Source of the DNA: Podarcis bocagei | Taxonomy: Eukaryota | DNA length: 64,000 bases | Assembly: GCA_964188305.1 (NCBI GenBank) | Contig: OZ076895.1 | Reading direction: 5' to 3' (one strand) | Shown: positions 48,360 through 63,136 of the stretch, one piece after another | How the letters are laid out: each line of letters begins with the position of its first letter | Position numbering within the stretch: the first letter of the stretch is position 1 | The notes under the pieces: generated by a model | Databases searched by the model: none | The model's input: only the letters and a program-made list of their open reading frames with translations | Told to the model about the DNA's origin: nothing | Translations under genes and position numbers: made by a program

Positions 48360-48917
48360 GTAAGTATTCATACAACAAATTTGAAATAGCCTTAATGTAA
48401 TTCAGATATAGTAAATTTTAGTTCTAATTTTGATTTCTAGAGAAGACACAACATTTTTAAAATGAAAAGCTGTGCTCTATTTATGTAGCATAATATGGCT
48501 AAAGTCCAAATATTACTAAGTTTGAATAGGAAACCCATCTGATTTCATGGTTTGTAATCAAGGAAAAGCTGTATAGACTTCTAGCTTCAGTCTACACTGG
48601 TGTGAGGAGCCTCCAATGGGCCAAATATGGATCAGAAACAACAATTCAAGGAGGCTATTTTCAAAACCAAAAGAGGTCATTTATTCTACCTAAAGATTCT
48701 GGTTATTTTAGTTACATTTATATGTTGTATTATGTTAAGATTGTGGTTACAGCAGATGATGCTAAATATTATTATTATTGCATGTCCAATTTATTATCAG
48801 ATGTCTAGGTGTGTTGTTGAAGTATAGTGTGAGCTGAAAAAATGCATCTGATATAGAGCCATATTATTTACTTTAAAAATGAAGCCAATTTCATTTATGA
48901 TTTTCTTTATTGAACAG

Positions 48918-49018
48918 GATGATCTAATAAGGCTTGTAACAGAAGGTTGCCCAGCAATCCTTTACTTAAATTTATCTCACACAGATATCACAAATGGAAC
49001 ACTAAGACTTCTGTCAAG
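48918..49018 (+). CDS. FBXL13: FBXL13 exon 11 (LRR)
   Basis: DDLIRLVTEGCPAILYLNLSHTDITNGTLRLLSR. Confidence 0.94.
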
Positions 49019-49514
49019 GTAAAAACAATCTGTTTTATAAATAAATTCTGAATTTTAGTGTAACAGTAGAAGAAAGATTCCACCTTTATAAAGATCAGCT
49101 GCTCTCTCTCGCTGACTATCACTGTAATATGGAAACAAGTGTCCCCCAACTTTTTGGACCAAGTGACACATTTGAAATTGTAGGAAACTGCTGTGGGTGC
49201 CAGAAAACAACAACAATTTCACAGCAGAAAAGTTGGCAGTGCTGAGCACCCCCCTTAAAAAAAAAGGGGGCAAACTACTACAACCCTCTCCCAAATAAAA
49301 CAGTGATCAAAAAGCAGGGGCAACACCCTCCCTCCAATAAGACATTGACCACTGGTTTTGAGAGACTTCAACATCCCTGCCAAGGCAACTGGCTCTGGGG
49401 TGGCTGAGGACTTCATGGCTGAGGTGGAACTGACAATAGTAAGGCTTGAGAATATGGACTGATAAAAACTTGCAGAGAGGGGACAAGTAGCTGGGCCAGG
49501 GAGGTTATTATTGC

Positions 49515-49640
49515 CTCCTTGCAAGAGGGGGTGGTCCTTCCCTGCTTGAAGGAGGCAGTGGTAAAACCACTCCTCACGAAACTCTCCCTGGATTCAGGAA
49601 ATCTAAGTCATTACTGGCCAGTTGCTAATCTCCCCTTCAT
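49515..49640 (+). mobile_element. L2 RT fragment
   Basis: LQEGVVLPCLKEAVVKPLLTK.SLD...LSHYWPVANLPF. Confidence 0.7.
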
Positions 49641-49930
49641 GCTCACAAACACAAGTCTGACAGATGACATGTTCACAGCCCGATCCTATAGATGCACTCA
49701 AAAATAAGTCCTATTGACTTTCTCCCAGGTATGTATGTATAGCCTCAGTTATTTGTACTTCTAAACAACAGATTGGGAAAGGACCATGAAATAAATTTGG
49801 TTAGAGCTGAATAGAGCACCATGATTACCTTATTATACACCTGATTAGGCACTTTGGAGCTATTTGGACAATGAAAGAGAACTGTGTTAATGGCATGTTT
49901 GATTTTACTGCAGTTTACCCCAAGATGTTC

Positions 49931-49975
<45 letters not shown>
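49931..49975. repeat. (TAGT)n microsatellite
   Basis: About 11 perfect tetranucleotide units. Confidence 0.95.
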
Positions 49976-49976
<1 letters not shown>

Positions 49977-50974
49977 TTCATTTATTTGGAATAGTTATAG
50001 CCCACCTTTCTAGTTCAATCAGTTAAGGCAGCTAACAAAGACAGCTATTTAAAAATACAGCCACAACAACAACATTTTAAAATTCAGCAAAAGATGGACA
50101 GTTAAAATATAACAACAAACAAAACAAAACAAAACAAAAACTTAAATGGATAATCAGCAAAAAGAATTGCCTAAACACAAAAGTTTCAGGAGGTAGAGAT
50201 GAAGCTGTATAGAATTACTGAGGTTGTGACAAATGTAAAGTAGCTGCTGTAGTTGAGAAAGCCCTCTCACCATGCATTGCATGGGGGTGATGCACATCAA
50301 AGCACCTCACCTAATGATGTCCATGAATAGGTCGAGGGAGACAGGACCATGCAGGAGGAGATGGGCAGAACAAATCCTCTATGCCAGTGGTTGCAAGGCT
50401 ATACTGGCAAATTAAATGCTTATCCATATACCAGGGTTATCAAATTGAAGGAGGCAGTTCACATCTTCTAAAGGTAAATTGCAATGAATTTAATTAAAAT
50501 AGGCCATTAAATCCAGTTCTCTGTTACTTTCCCTGAAGCTCACAATGTGCCTGATTAATCCCCTAATATGCGGATGCATGGTAAGACATGATGAGGCTAT
50601 AATAGGAAAGTGTGAGATACTGGACTTCTAAAAGGTTCTTGGCAGGAATTTCAAAAATACTGACAAGTCAACCCTTGTGAAACATCTTCTAGCTGCTTCC
50701 CTGCTCCCTTCTGTATTATGCATATACTTTAAGAATCATAGACACAACACAAGCTAGTCTAAATCTTATGTCTGAAGCTCCCTACCAGTTGTGAAGCATA
50801 AGGCTCCCTGAGTTCAATGAGACTTCTTGTATTGGGAACTTGCAGCCTTCCAGATGTTGTTGGACTATAACTACCATCATCTCTGATAATGGGCCATGTT
50901 CACTAGGGCTGATGACAGCTGCAGTCTAACAACATATGGAGGGCCACATGTTTTCTATTCAAGTTCCACATACC

Positions 50975-52110
50975 TATCTTGCACCTAGGCCTCACCAGTA
51001 GTGAGGAACTGATCAACAAAGTGGAAGTACAGTGAACATTGAGAGGAAACAATAATATCCTCTTGGGTTTCATTAGATAGAGGCAAGGGAAACCTGAGTA
51101 TCGTTGGACTTGCACTGCGGACTTTAAGAAGGCTGATTTCCTTAACAAACTTGAGGAACTACTGTGTGAGATCCCACTATACAGTGATACCTCAGGTTAC
51201 ATACATTTCAGGTTACATACGCTTCAGGTTACAGACTCTGCTAACCCAGAAATAGTGCTTCAGGTTAAGAACTTTGCTTCAGGATGAGAACAGAATTCGT
51301 GCTCTGGCGGCTCAGTGGCAGCAGCAGCAGGAGGCCCCATTAACTAAAGTGGTGCTTCAGGTTAAGAACAGTTTCAGGTTAAGAACAGACCTCCGGAACG
51401 AATTAAGTACTTAACCTGAGGTACCACTGTATGTCAGAAATACTCAAAGAGAAGGAAGTCCAAGATGGATGGAAGTTTCTTAAAGGTGAAATATTGAAGG
51501 CACAAATGCAGATGACTCTAACAAGAAAGAAAAATGGGAGGCATTTGTTGGTAAACATTTTTATAAACAACTTGGATAATGAAACTGAGAAGATGATCAT
51601 CAAATTTGCGGATGACACCCAAACTGGGAGAGGTATCTAATGCTGTAGAAGTATTGAAGACAGAATCAGGATTGGAGATTACCTTAACAGAATGGAGAAC
51701 TGGGCCCAAACTGCCAAAATGAAATTCAATAGGGATAAATGTAAGGTTCTACACTTAGACAGGAGGAACGAGCTGCACAAATATAAGATGGGGGACACCT
51801 GGTCTGGGTGTAGCACATAAGAAAAGGTCTAGGGGTTTTAGTAGACTACAAGCTTAGCAGTCAACAGTGTAATGTAGCAGCAAAGAAGCTAATGCTATTC
51901 TAGATTGCATCAACAGAAATATAGTGTCCCAATCATGGGAATGTCATAGTACTGCTCTATTCTGCCTTGATCAGACCACACCTGGAGTAATGTGTTCAGT
52001 TCTGAGCATCACAATTTAAGAAAGATCTTGACAAGCTGGAACGTGTGCAGAGGAGGCAACCAGTATGATCAAACATCTGGAAACCAAGCCTTCAGTATGT
52101 TTCACCTGGA
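50975..52110 (+). mobile_element. CR1 LINE ORF2 fragment, internally deleted, with family-A MITE inserted
   Basis: DFKKADF..L.ELL.EIP / SEILKEKEVQDGW.FLK.EILKAQ / NIFINNLD..IIKFADDT..G / FNRDKCKVLHL. Confidence 0.88.
51182..51429. mobile_element. Tigger/pogo-like MITE (family A)
   Basis: TA|CAGTGATACCTCAGG ... CCTGAGGTACCACTG|TA. Confidence 0.88.
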
Positions 52111-54686
52111 CTCCTTCCTTATGCATTTCAGCTGGTCATAATTTGCTTGAATGAAATAAAGTATGTTATATAGGTAGTTTGTTAAATAGCTAATTTGTTC
52201 TTTGTGCCCATGTTCCTGGCGGTACACCAGCAAATGAAAGCTGGGTTAATTCTTGCTGTGAGCTAGAATCAGCTCTAGTATGACAATCTCCTTAAATGTC
52301 TGATCTGTATAGTTTTATATCCTTATGCCATTTTCTAGTGTCCAATGTGGCCTAGTGGTATTTTCAAAGTAGCCTCCAGGTTCATAAAGCCTTTTCAAAT
52401 GCTGACATTTCCCCCTGCAAAAATAATATTCCATTTAAATATAGCTAAATCATCTTTTGCTTCTCTGTCTCAGCACTAATGTGTTTGGATCAGTGTGAAT
52501 GAACTTTCTGTTTTCAGCATACCATATTGTAGTTTTCCTATCTGAACTTTGCAAAAGTTCTATCGCCTGCCAAGCTATGCTGTCCTAATCACATTATCTC
52601 CTGCAACCACAAAAAGAAAACAAGCAAACAGCTCAGATTGAAATTTCCTTTAAGAACCCTCCCACAAAACCCTTAGTTTTTGCACCAGTTTCCTGTTGTT
52701 GGCAGTCTCAACTAGGTGCAGCTTACGTACTATGTTATATTTTAACACAATTCTTCAGTAACATTTATAAATCATACAGTTGGTTATGTTACGATGTTGC
52801 TGGGCCAAACAAAGCTCATTCATTGTGAGCCTGCACTTCCTTAATAAACATTATCCCCACTTTGAACCCTCCTTTGCTGTCAGTATAATTGGCTACACTC
52901 AGTCAGGGCTTTGAAAAGATTCACACAAAAAACACTGCCACGTGAATGCCAAGTATAGGGGATGCAATACATCCCATATGTTGAGACATCTAACAGAGCA
53001 TCCCTCCAAGGGAAATAAAATGACCTAAAAGGTAACCTAATCTCCCTTCTCTTTGAAAGGTATGCACTCACACATTTTCATAGAAATATATTGTTGTAAA
53101 AAGCTTGTTTCAATTCAGCCATGCGTTTGGGACTCCAGAATACCTATTTGTTTATTACATTGTTATATTAAGAGACACCTGAAGTCTAGAAGAACAAAGT
53201 ATAATTAAAACCCATTGCAGGGATTGGCCCTATGACCCTCCAGATGTTGCTGTGCTACAACTCCCATCATCTATGACCATTGGCTGCGCTTGGCTGGGAC
53301 TGATGGGAGCTGGGAGTCTAGCAACATCTGTGGGACCACAGGTTCCCATTCTTGCCATAAAGAATATTAGATACTGACTAATACAAGCTGGAGCATTTTA
53401 ACTTTGCCGAGAGAAGATGAAGCCTGTTACCATTCATTGTTACTTGTCATTGTCATAATGATGTACATACTGAGAATATAATCCACAGTTTGTACACCTA
53501 AAAATTAATGTGCTATCACTGGAAGATCTTAGGTGTTTATCTTCTCACAGAAAAGTTTATCTGAATGCCTTTTTGTCTTAATACAAAAATAAATATTTAC
53601 TGTTTATATTTCTTTCCATATGTCTTTAAATTTAACCCTTATTATCTGCAAAGTTTTCCCTCTCTTATTCATTAAGAACACAAAAGTCCAAGTCTTACAA
53701 GCAGTGGTCATGATGTCATACTTTCATCACGGTGGGTGTTCCCAGCTTAGCTTTTGCTGACTTGTGAAGTTGCCTTAAATGTTTTCCTGAACTAAAATTT
53801 GTTGCAGAGCATGTTGTCTACTCCTAATCATACAGTGTATTTTTTCTTCTGCAAGCTTTCATTTGTGGTAATTGTGGCATTGCATCTCTTAATTTAGTTC
53901 AACTACTTTATAATTGTATAAAATTAATACTCTTCAGTATGATAATGCCTAAATACGTATTATAAAATTGAAGTTGTAGAGAGTACAGTTTCAGAGTATT
54001 CATTTGCTGTGTATATTGTCTAACCCACTTCCTTTGTCTGTCCCTGGATATATGTTATAAAGGTTTCCTATTAATAAGTCACAGTGCAATCCTGTGCATA
54101 TTTACTCAAAAAATGCCACCATGCTCAATGAGGCTTACTTCCAGATATAGCAAAGTATTACAGCTTTAGGTTGTTATGTGAGCACACAACTATTTTGTAT
54201 TTTTGTTTTGTTAGAATAGCTGTGTCAAACCTTAATGGAAACAATTGCACAAGCAGGGGTGGTTTAACATGTTTAATTTTTTATGCTTTTAATATCCTTT
54301 GATAGAGTTCTGGTTTTCATTTTGAACACAAAAAGCTTAAAAAACAATGTGAAGTTAACGTTACAACTTGGTCCTTAAAATGGTTGAGAGTCATATATTT
54401 CTAATTTACTGCAAACGTTTGAGTTTACAACCAAGGAAATTCATTTTAAAATCAGGTTTCATTTAAGATGACTTTGGTTCGTGAATAATCTTATTAAACA
54501 GTGTAAAGTACATGCAACAAAGAAAAATGAAACACATTTTTTTTTGTATTCAGGCAAAGTGAATATTCCCATTAAATTCCAGTATCCACCCATGTTCTTA
54601 GAAAGCTTTTTAGCTACAGTATCAAATTGCACCAGAAATCTGTATGCAACATCTTAGTAACTGACTTCTTCTTTTATCTGGCATAG

Positions 54687-54816
54687 GGGATGCCCCAATT
54701 TACAGTATTTAAGTTTAGCTTATTGCAGAAAATTCACAGACAATGGCTTACTGTACCTCGGCTCTGGAAGAGGGTGTCACAAGCTCATCTACTTGGATAT
54801 TTCAGGCTGCCTCCAG
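54687..54816 (+). CDS. FBXL13: FBXL13 exon 12 (LRR)
   Basis: GCPNLQYLSLAYCRKFTDNGLLYLGSGRGCHKLIYLDISGCLQ. Confidence 0.95.
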
Positions 54817-57238
54817 GTTTGCATTTCAGTTTTCTTTTTCATATTGTAGCGAAGTGATTCCTTTAGAGAACTGACGGCACCAAGCACTCATGGTATAATC
54901 AAGTAGTACAGGCACTGCAGCAAAGTTTTGAGAGGTTTTAAATTACATTACCACAGCTGCTTAAATTTTCCTGAGGAATAGCACTATAGGCTTTTGGCTT
55001 TTGTCCAGTGGGCGTCTTTAACTATAAACAGCCAGTCCTTATTGCATAATGAAAGCATGCATTGCTGTTGGAGGTGGACTGAAAACATGCTTGCTTTGTG
55101 CTTTTGCTTCCATACGTACAATTTGCAGACATTAACAATACTCAAGGGTCCTCTGCTGAGCAAACAGAAATAAAGCTCCTTGAAAGGGACAGGATTTCCT
55201 GAAAAGGAAATCAGATTGTCAGCGAGCTTTCTAATATCACTTTCCTTCTTTTGTAAAGTGTAAGTATGTAGCATGGTAACATACTACCACCCTTCCACTA
55301 AGAGAGAGAGAGGGAAATATATAGAGAGAGTGTTACACACTCTTTCTCTCTCTCTTGGCCCCCAGCCCCCAACAGTCTTTTTTGTTGTTGTTGCAGGGAT
55401 GTGTACAGCTATTCTTTCAAGCTGCTTCATTTAGGCAGCCCACTGTCGGATGTGTAAGAATCTATACAGTGGGGACATCCTGTACCATCGTAACGTAACT
55501 TCAAATTCATAAAACAATAATTGGAAACCATAGGAGGATCCTGCAGGTGATGCCAAGGCACACTTTGAACCTTGCTCCATTCTCACTAGTGCAGACATAA
55601 AGGTGAAATATAAAAGCATCTAGGAATGAATTGCAAGAGCTACTGCAGAAAATTGGATTCCTTGGGAAGAAGAGGGGGAAATAAATTTAATAAATAAATA
55701 AACATTGGATTTCCCCTTCTTCAGTCCCTTCCCACTAGCACCACATATGCATGCAAAAGACATAAATCAAGTAGTAAAAGCAGGTGAAGTTCTCTGCAGA
55801 AGAAAGGAAGCTGCCCAGCCATGCACTCACTTTGCGTGTTATTTCCCAATTTCCAGCCACCCTGTTTAGGATATAGTGACCTATTGCACACCCTTCCAGG
55901 TCCCCCTCTGTCCTATCAGCAATGGTAGGTCATTCCTTTCCATTTCCATGTCCCTCATCTGGGATCAGGTGAGACTTCATTGACAAGTTCACATACCAAA
56001 CAACCCTTTCCAAAAGAATTTGCTTCTGTGTTAAAACTGAAGCAACAGCTTCAGTGATTGCTGGAGTAGCTGAGAGCCAAGAGAAGGATCTGAGACCTCC
56101 TTGGTTTCCTATCTGCTACTGAGGCTTTTGCAACAGGCCTGTTCCTGTTATTTATTTGTTAATATTTTTCTTCTACCCCGAAACAGGATGCAATAAATCA
56201 GCAAAATACAAACAGAACAAATCTAAACAAAGTGTAAAAGGCAGAAAACCTACATGCTTACCAGGTTATAGAAGCTATGGTGAAATGTAAAGGGGCAGGA
56301 ATGAGGGTGTTAATTGAGTGAAGTTAGGAAATGGAGATACAGACTGGGTGAAAGGCCAAAGCAAGGAAGCTAGTGGAGAGGTAATGGTAGAGGAAAGAGC
56401 TTTACAAAATATCCTGCTTGAAAAACATCTATGAACCCCATCTGTGAAGTTCAAGGGCCCTTAATTTGTCTCATAATAAAAATAATTTCAATGTAATAAT
56501 TTTAAAATTAAAATGCACATCGTATGAATGCAAGTTAAGAAGCATTGATCCTTATAGAAGTTTGAGCTGAACACTCCTTGGATAGACCCATCCTGTCTAT
56601 CCTAATTGCATTCTCCCTTCCTTAACAATGTGGATCACTTAAATCAGTGTCACTGGATTCACTTCAAAAGTTTGAAGGCTACTTCATACTTGCCACTTTT
56701 CTCCATAGGGGTATTCTCTTTATGGGGGGGAGAGAGAATCATGTGCATATTACATCATCAAGGGTCATATATTTCACCATTAGCACATGAATATGAAAGT
56801 AGAATAAGCAGTTTTTACCAGCTATGGTGATTTTTAAACAGGGACCGCTTAGCTACAGTAGTCCATGAGGGACTTCCCTTACATTGGGTCTGGAAGCTGA
56901 AACTAGTTCAGAATGAGGTGGCATGGCTTGTAATACCAGTGCTGAGGGAAGTGCACTGTCTGATAGCATGCCTCTGGGCCCTTTAGAACTATATAGCACA
57001 ATGGCAGAAGGTTGCAGAAAGACGGGCAAGAAAACAGGTGTCCTTTCCTCTTAGTGAAACTTCCCCCACCCTCTTCAAGTCCCAGACAACACTACAGGGT
57101 TCCTGATTCAAGCTGGTTGAAGTCTTAGACAGAAGAACTTTGCATTATAATGCAACATCATGTTGTAACTGTGCCCCACTTATTTTAATTTCTAGTCAGT
57201 GTGTTTTTGGATAAAAAATGAGGTACTGTTACTCATAT

Positions 57239-57240
<2 letters not shown>

Positions 57241-57289
<49 letters not shown>

Positions 57290-57452
57290 CCAATAGGATG
57301 TTAAAAACACAATAAAAAATCAATCATTAGAAACGTTCCTAAACAGGCCTACCTTCAGATGTCTTCTAAAAGTCAGATAGTTGTTTATTTCCTTGACATC
57401 TGCTGGGAAGGCGTTCCACAGGGCGGGCGCCACTACCGAGAAGGCCCTCTGC
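57241..57452 (-). mobile_element. (AAT)n microsatellite plus L2 3' fragment
   Basis: (TAA)n at 57241-57289. Minus strand QRAFSVVAPALWNAFP..VKEINNYLTFRRHLK. Confidence 0.8.
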
Positions 57453-57914
57453 TGTGGGTGCCAGCACAAAATGGACAGCAAAAAGGGGGGGAGGGGAAGA
57501 TGCCAGTACTCCATACCAGTGAGTATTAGACTGTCACGGAAAAAGCTCTGCTTACGCTTCACATGCCAGATTTCTTTTGTTGGGTGTACTCGCAACTGAT
57601 TGCTTTCTCTCTCATTGTATTGATTTTTAGCAGAAAATATGGACATATTTCAGAGCTAGGGTGAAGAATAGCTTAATGATCTAATAAATTTTATTGGCTT
57701 GCAGTGAGACACGAGACCCAGGAGATAGAAGAATAATTTACATTGCTGGTTGTAAACACAATTTTGTTGAAGTGAGAACTTCCAAAAGTTGGTGTAAATT
57801 GGTCAGGAAACAGGCAGTTGTTGCTGACCATCTGACTGCAGGCAGAATAGCCAGCCAGCTTGTCACCAGGGCAATGAAATACCCAGATTGGCTAACTCTA
57901 TTAAGGGGTGACTT

Positions 57915-58510
57915 AATGTAAGAGCTGTACTGGATCAGACCAAAGACCCATCCAGTCCAGTTCTCATAATCACCAAGCAGTTGCCTATGGGAAGCCCCCA
58001 TGCAGACCTGAGTGCAGCAGCACTCTCCCTACTTGTGATTCTCAGCAGCTAGCATTCAGAGGCCCAGTGCCCCAACACTGGAGGTAGAATGTAGCCACTT
58101 ACAGTCTTGTCTCCCATGAATTTGTCTAAATCTCTTGAAAGCCGTCCAAGTTGGCAGCTGTCACTACAACTTCAGATAACTTCAGATAGTTACTATGTGC
58201 TGTGTGAACAAGTACTTTCTTTAGCCTGTCCAGAATCTTGCAACATTTCACTTCATTGGATGCCCTCAGGTTCTGGTATTAGAGAAGGAGAAAACCATCT
58301 CTCGGTCCACTTCCTCCACACCACGCATAATCTTATATATATGTCATGCCCGCCCCCCCCCCCTATTATTTTCTTCTAAACTAAAAAGGCCCAAACATTG
58401 CAACCTTTCCTCTTGGAGTAGTTGCTCCAACCTCTTGATCTTTTTGGCTGCCCTTTTCTGAACTTTTCCCCCAGCTCTTCAGTATCCTTTTTGAGCTGAG
58501 GTGACCAGTC
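57915..58510 (-). mobile_element. CR1 LINE 3' fragment
   Basis: Reverse-oriented CR1 C-terminus and 3'UTR (GGATCAGACCAAAG.CCATC...GAATTTGTCTAA...GAACTTTTCC). Confidence 0.7.
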
Positions 58511-61500
58511 TCATGACTACAGGCTATGCAGGTCAGACTCATCTTCACCTCTTCCCCCCTCCCAATTTCCAACTAATCTTCAAAGCAGGCTGATTTCCCC
58601 CAAGCCTCTGACCCTTGAAGGCGACTCTCTGAAGCCAGTTTGGCACACACACAAGCATTTTGTACATACACACACACAGGCTGAGAGCTTCAATGGCACC
58701 CCTCTGGAGGCTTCACCTGGGGCAAAAACCACCGCTGTGGCACTGCTGAAGGGGTTTGCCGGAGACTAGCACTCCTTACTCTCAACCTAAAATCCTTCAG
58801 TGATGAAAAAGCACCACTGAAGGCCAGGAGCTCCTTTAGTTTGCTCAGCTCTCCTGCCAAACCACAGAAAGCTCCAGCCAGTCTACAATTGTGGGCAACT
58901 GAGAGATGCTGCTAATACTAGGCGTAGTGTAATCACAGAAGCAAATTGTTTCCAGCCTAGTTGAAAACCCAGCTGATAAGTTTCTAAAACTTTGTACACT
59001 ATAATTTCCATATATCTATTTCCAGCATAGGAAGAAAATACCCTGCTGATTTAACGGGGGTCAAAGCAGCCTGGAGAGAGACTTAATACTTTGCTATGTT
59101 CCAGAATATAGTTGTTATTTGCAGATAGGGTTGGATTGCCCCAAGACAGAGTCAGCTGGCAATGTTCAGGCCACCTCACATTTCCTGGAGGCTGTAGGAG
59201 GCAAAGTGTCATCACAGCAATGCCTCTGCGGGCATATCTGCCAGACTGATTTGAACACCTGGCATGATGGCTCTTCCAGCGGCACTAATCCCAAAATTAG
59301 AAAATCTATGTAGAGGAGTAGGAGTAACATTATGGAGTGTTCTGCCTGTTCTTATCTACAAATTAAGCTTCGTTCAAAGCTAGGAGGCCCTAAATGGCAA
59401 TAATTCCAATATGCGGTCCATTTTATGTTTAACAGAAATATTTTAATTCAAGCCAAAAAGATGTATTATAATGTACACTTGGGCTGCAATTTGTGCATAC
59501 CCATGATATACACACATGATATATACACAATTCTGTAGCAAAATCCATTGTATATGTTAATAGCTGTTGATAGGATACCAGTCTTGGTCCAACTGACTAG
59601 ACATTGCCCAATTAGTTCCACATATCCAGAGGGGATTTGGACTTGAGTTTTTTCCACTATCACCACAACCCCACATATACTACAAAGCAAACTGCTTTTA
59701 GAATACTGTGGAGTTTCAGAAGTACTTCATGAAATAGTACAGGGAACAGTTGTTGAAAAAGCAAATATTGAAAGTGACAATTATATTGATTTTGTTTGTT
59801 CCAAAGCAGCTACAATACAGTGTATTGCTAACTCTCAAAGAATATGAATATGAATTAAAGGATAGTTGTTACCAGTAAATATCAAGTCAAACGTGCTTTC
59901 TAAAATAATAAAATAGGTTGGGATTGGGAAGTCCCAGCCATGAAAAAAATAAATAGCCAATACTCCCAGTATCTCCCAATTAGAACAGTGGTCTTTTGTG
60001 TGTGTGAGAGGAAAAAATGTAATAATTACAATGTATCAGGAAACAGTAATCAGATTTTCAACTAGTTTCTTGCCGACTTCTTGGAAACAGTTTCAATCTA
60101 AAAGGGAAGAAAGATAAGATAAGGAAACATGGCTCCAGATTTTCCCAGTCCTCAAGAGTTTCTAAGCTTACATTTCAGGAAAAGTCCAGAAACTGATATT
60201 TGGAGGAGCTTGTTGCAGTTCTTCATACATTTTCTATAGTGATTAGTTATCTTTTCGCAGCATGAATTGGGAATGCTGTATTTAAATTAATAACATCTGA
60301 ATGTACTTTCTCAAGGAGCATTCACCCCCTGGGAATTGTTCAACATGACCTTCTGTCCTCTTGTGAACTGTTTCCTATGCCGAGATAGAAAATGGCACAA
60401 AAGCTGGCATCCAATTCTTATACCATGTGAAAGATGATATGTTATCTTTATTTAATAAATTTGCAATTTGGCAGTGGTTCTTACATTCCACTAGATTTGC
60501 ATCATTCAGGCAGCCCAGAGAGAACAAAACCAAGAAAGAATGTGTTACCTAAGGCAAGTTATTTATGGAAGCAAACTAGCTATTGTTAATAGTCCATAAA
60601 TTAGAAATGCATGCAACTAAGATATTTTGTATGCAGTGTAAATTCAGTACAGTAGAGCAAAGCTATATGGAAGCCTTTTAAGCTGGATATTTAGGCATCT
60701 TTGTAGGCATACTATAGATATTCTTGAGCAATTGGTGGGAAAGCAGAGAGGCAGAAGTTAAAACGATGGGTATCACATATTTATTTGCTATATTTCATTT
60801 GAAAATAAGAACTGTGAAGTTTGTGCCTTAAATAAGTTTCTATTTTTGTGTCTTCTCCAGCCTGTGCCCCACATTTATCATTCCAAATTTACTTCTTCCT
60901 CCCATGTCTAAAATAAATTCTAAAATTCAATGTTACTGGCCACTTTCAAGTAAGCTTCTACTTATGGTATTAAGCTTACTCTTCTTTCTGAGCTGTTTTT
61001 AAAATTTGGAGTCCTAGCATACTTATTTTAGTGTTCATGTTGGCATTGTAAATAAACCCACAGATGTTAGTAGCTGACTAAGAGGCTAGTGTCCTGAATG
61101 TCCATTCAGGCAGCAAAGGAGAGAAGGCACCCCCCTCCTCCTTTGTGGCCTGCATGGAAATACAACAGCAGCAACAACATCTTCTTCCAAGCTGATTGAA
61201 GGTATCAAGCCACCCCATTCCTTCTCCACATGCTTACTTAGTTTCCATGTTGGTTGCAGAAGAAGGGCTTGTTCTTCCTCCATGACCAATTCAGAAACAA
61301 AGTGAGCTGGCAGAGGAGAGAGAGTGCCACCTGTTGCTTATCTACATGCCCTGCTCACTTGCCAGCATGGAATTTCATTCACTCACTGGCAGTGACTTCC
61401 TGGTCACCTATGTCTATCAGTTGTTAGATATGAAGTTGTCTTACAGACCTTCAAAAACTTGGAAGAATTGTATTGGTGCTGCCCGATCTAGAATTATTGA

Positions 61501-61829
61501 ATTTAAAAATTGGTGCTGGGAGGAAAGTGATCTATCTCTCAGCTGCAGTGATACTAAAGTTACATTTCTAAGCACGCTTACTAGTGAGTAAGTCCCACTG
61601 AATATTCATATTATTATATCCTTTTTTTATTCATTTACATCCTACCCTTCCTTCCAAAGAAGCCCAGGGCAGCAAACATACTAATCATATTAATCTTAAA
61701 ACAGTTTTAAAACATTCTAAAAACAGTTCTAAAAGAGTTATATGCTAGTATTAAGAGCAATTTGGCCTGGTAGCTCACTGGCAGCCAATGCAGTACTTTC
61801 AAGACAAGGGGTCCTATCAGCTGCCCTAC

Positions 61830-62238
61830 TTACTTACTAGCCCTAGTAGCTGCTGCATCCTGCACTAATTGCTCTCTGGTGCTCTTCAATAGCTGCTTCA
61901 CACACAGCACATTACAGTAGTCCAGATGGGAGGGCAGCAGTGCATGGACAACTGAGGCCAGGCCATCCTGAGCTAGGAACGGTCAAAGCTGGCAAATCAG
62001 CCTTAGCTGAACATAAGCGCTCTTAACCACAGAAGCCACTCCAGGGATAAGTCAGAATCCAAAAGTCCTTCCAGACTATAAACCCTTCCAAAGGAGTGCA
62101 ACCCCTCCCAGGACATGTCATACACCTAATTTCTTGGTATGGGAACCACCCATTCACAGCACTAACAGATTATCAGGTCTCCGCCTCAGTTGATTAGCAG
62201 CAATCCAGCCCTTCTCTGCCTCTAACCACTGGTCCAAC
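61830..62238 (-). mobile_element. L2 ORF2 fragment
   Basis: Minus strand ASVVKSAYVQLRLICQL.PFL...LASVVHAL..SHLDYCN.L. Confidence 0.7.
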
Positions 62239-62354
62239 ACTCACCTCAGAGTATTTGTTGTGGGGGAGGAAGGGAAAGGAGATTGTTAGCCGCTTTGAGA
62301 CTCCTTAGGGTAGTGATAAAGCAGGATATCAAATCCAAACACTTCTTCTTCTTT
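62239..62354 (+). mobile_element. Squam3-like SINE 3' half
   Basis: Matches the reverse complement of 18511-18625, with a (CTT)n tail. Confidence 0.8.
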
Positions 62355-63037
62355 ACAGCTTTCCATGGCTTTCCATATGTTATTGGACCCCAATCACATC
62401 AGCCCCAGTCAGCATTGCCAATGGGTGGTGGGAGTTGTATTCCAGCAACATCTAAGGGCCACTGATTCCCCATGTAGCAACAAACGATGTCTTGCCATGA
62501 TATTGGAAGGCAGGGAGAGTTTGGGGAGGAGGGGATCATGCAAGCCACTCATTTAGCTCTAAACTATAATTTTGTGTTATATCTGAACGAGCCTTTAGCG
62601 GGAAGAACATAGAAGGGCATTCTCTATAGCACCTATTTATTTAACATAGGCTTCATTTGAACTTTAAATTTTTATTAATTTTCCTAGACTTCTTAACCAG
62701 AAATAGCATGCATTCATAAAGGCATTGCTATGTATAGGATTAACTTTCCAAAATTAATATTTAAATGGAAAAAGACGTTTGACATGTACACACATACCCA
62801 GTATTTATGAAGCTGGGAAATGCTGTGAATCTGGAATCAGAGATTTTCAGACAGACTGTTTTCTTATGGATTCTCTTGAAACTAACCTTCTTTTGTCCCA
62901 GATAATATATTTTGTAGTTTTCCTTTACTAGCTTGAAAATAATGTATAATAATTTTCTCATAATATAGATGTTAATAAAGATTTTCAATACTGGCATACA
63001 GTTCATGTTTTCTATTTAAAATGTTTTTAAAAATCAG

Positions 63038-63136
63038 CTTACAGTGGAAGGCTTCAGGAATATTGCTGACAGCTGCAGTGGTATCAAACACTTGATCATT
63101 AATGAAATGCCCACTCTATCAGACAGATGTATTCAG
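63038..63136 (+). CDS. FBXL13: FBXL13 exon 13 (LRR); gene continues beyond window
   Basis: LTVEGFRNIADSCSGIKHLIINEMPTLSDRCIQ|gtaaga. Confidence 0.94.
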
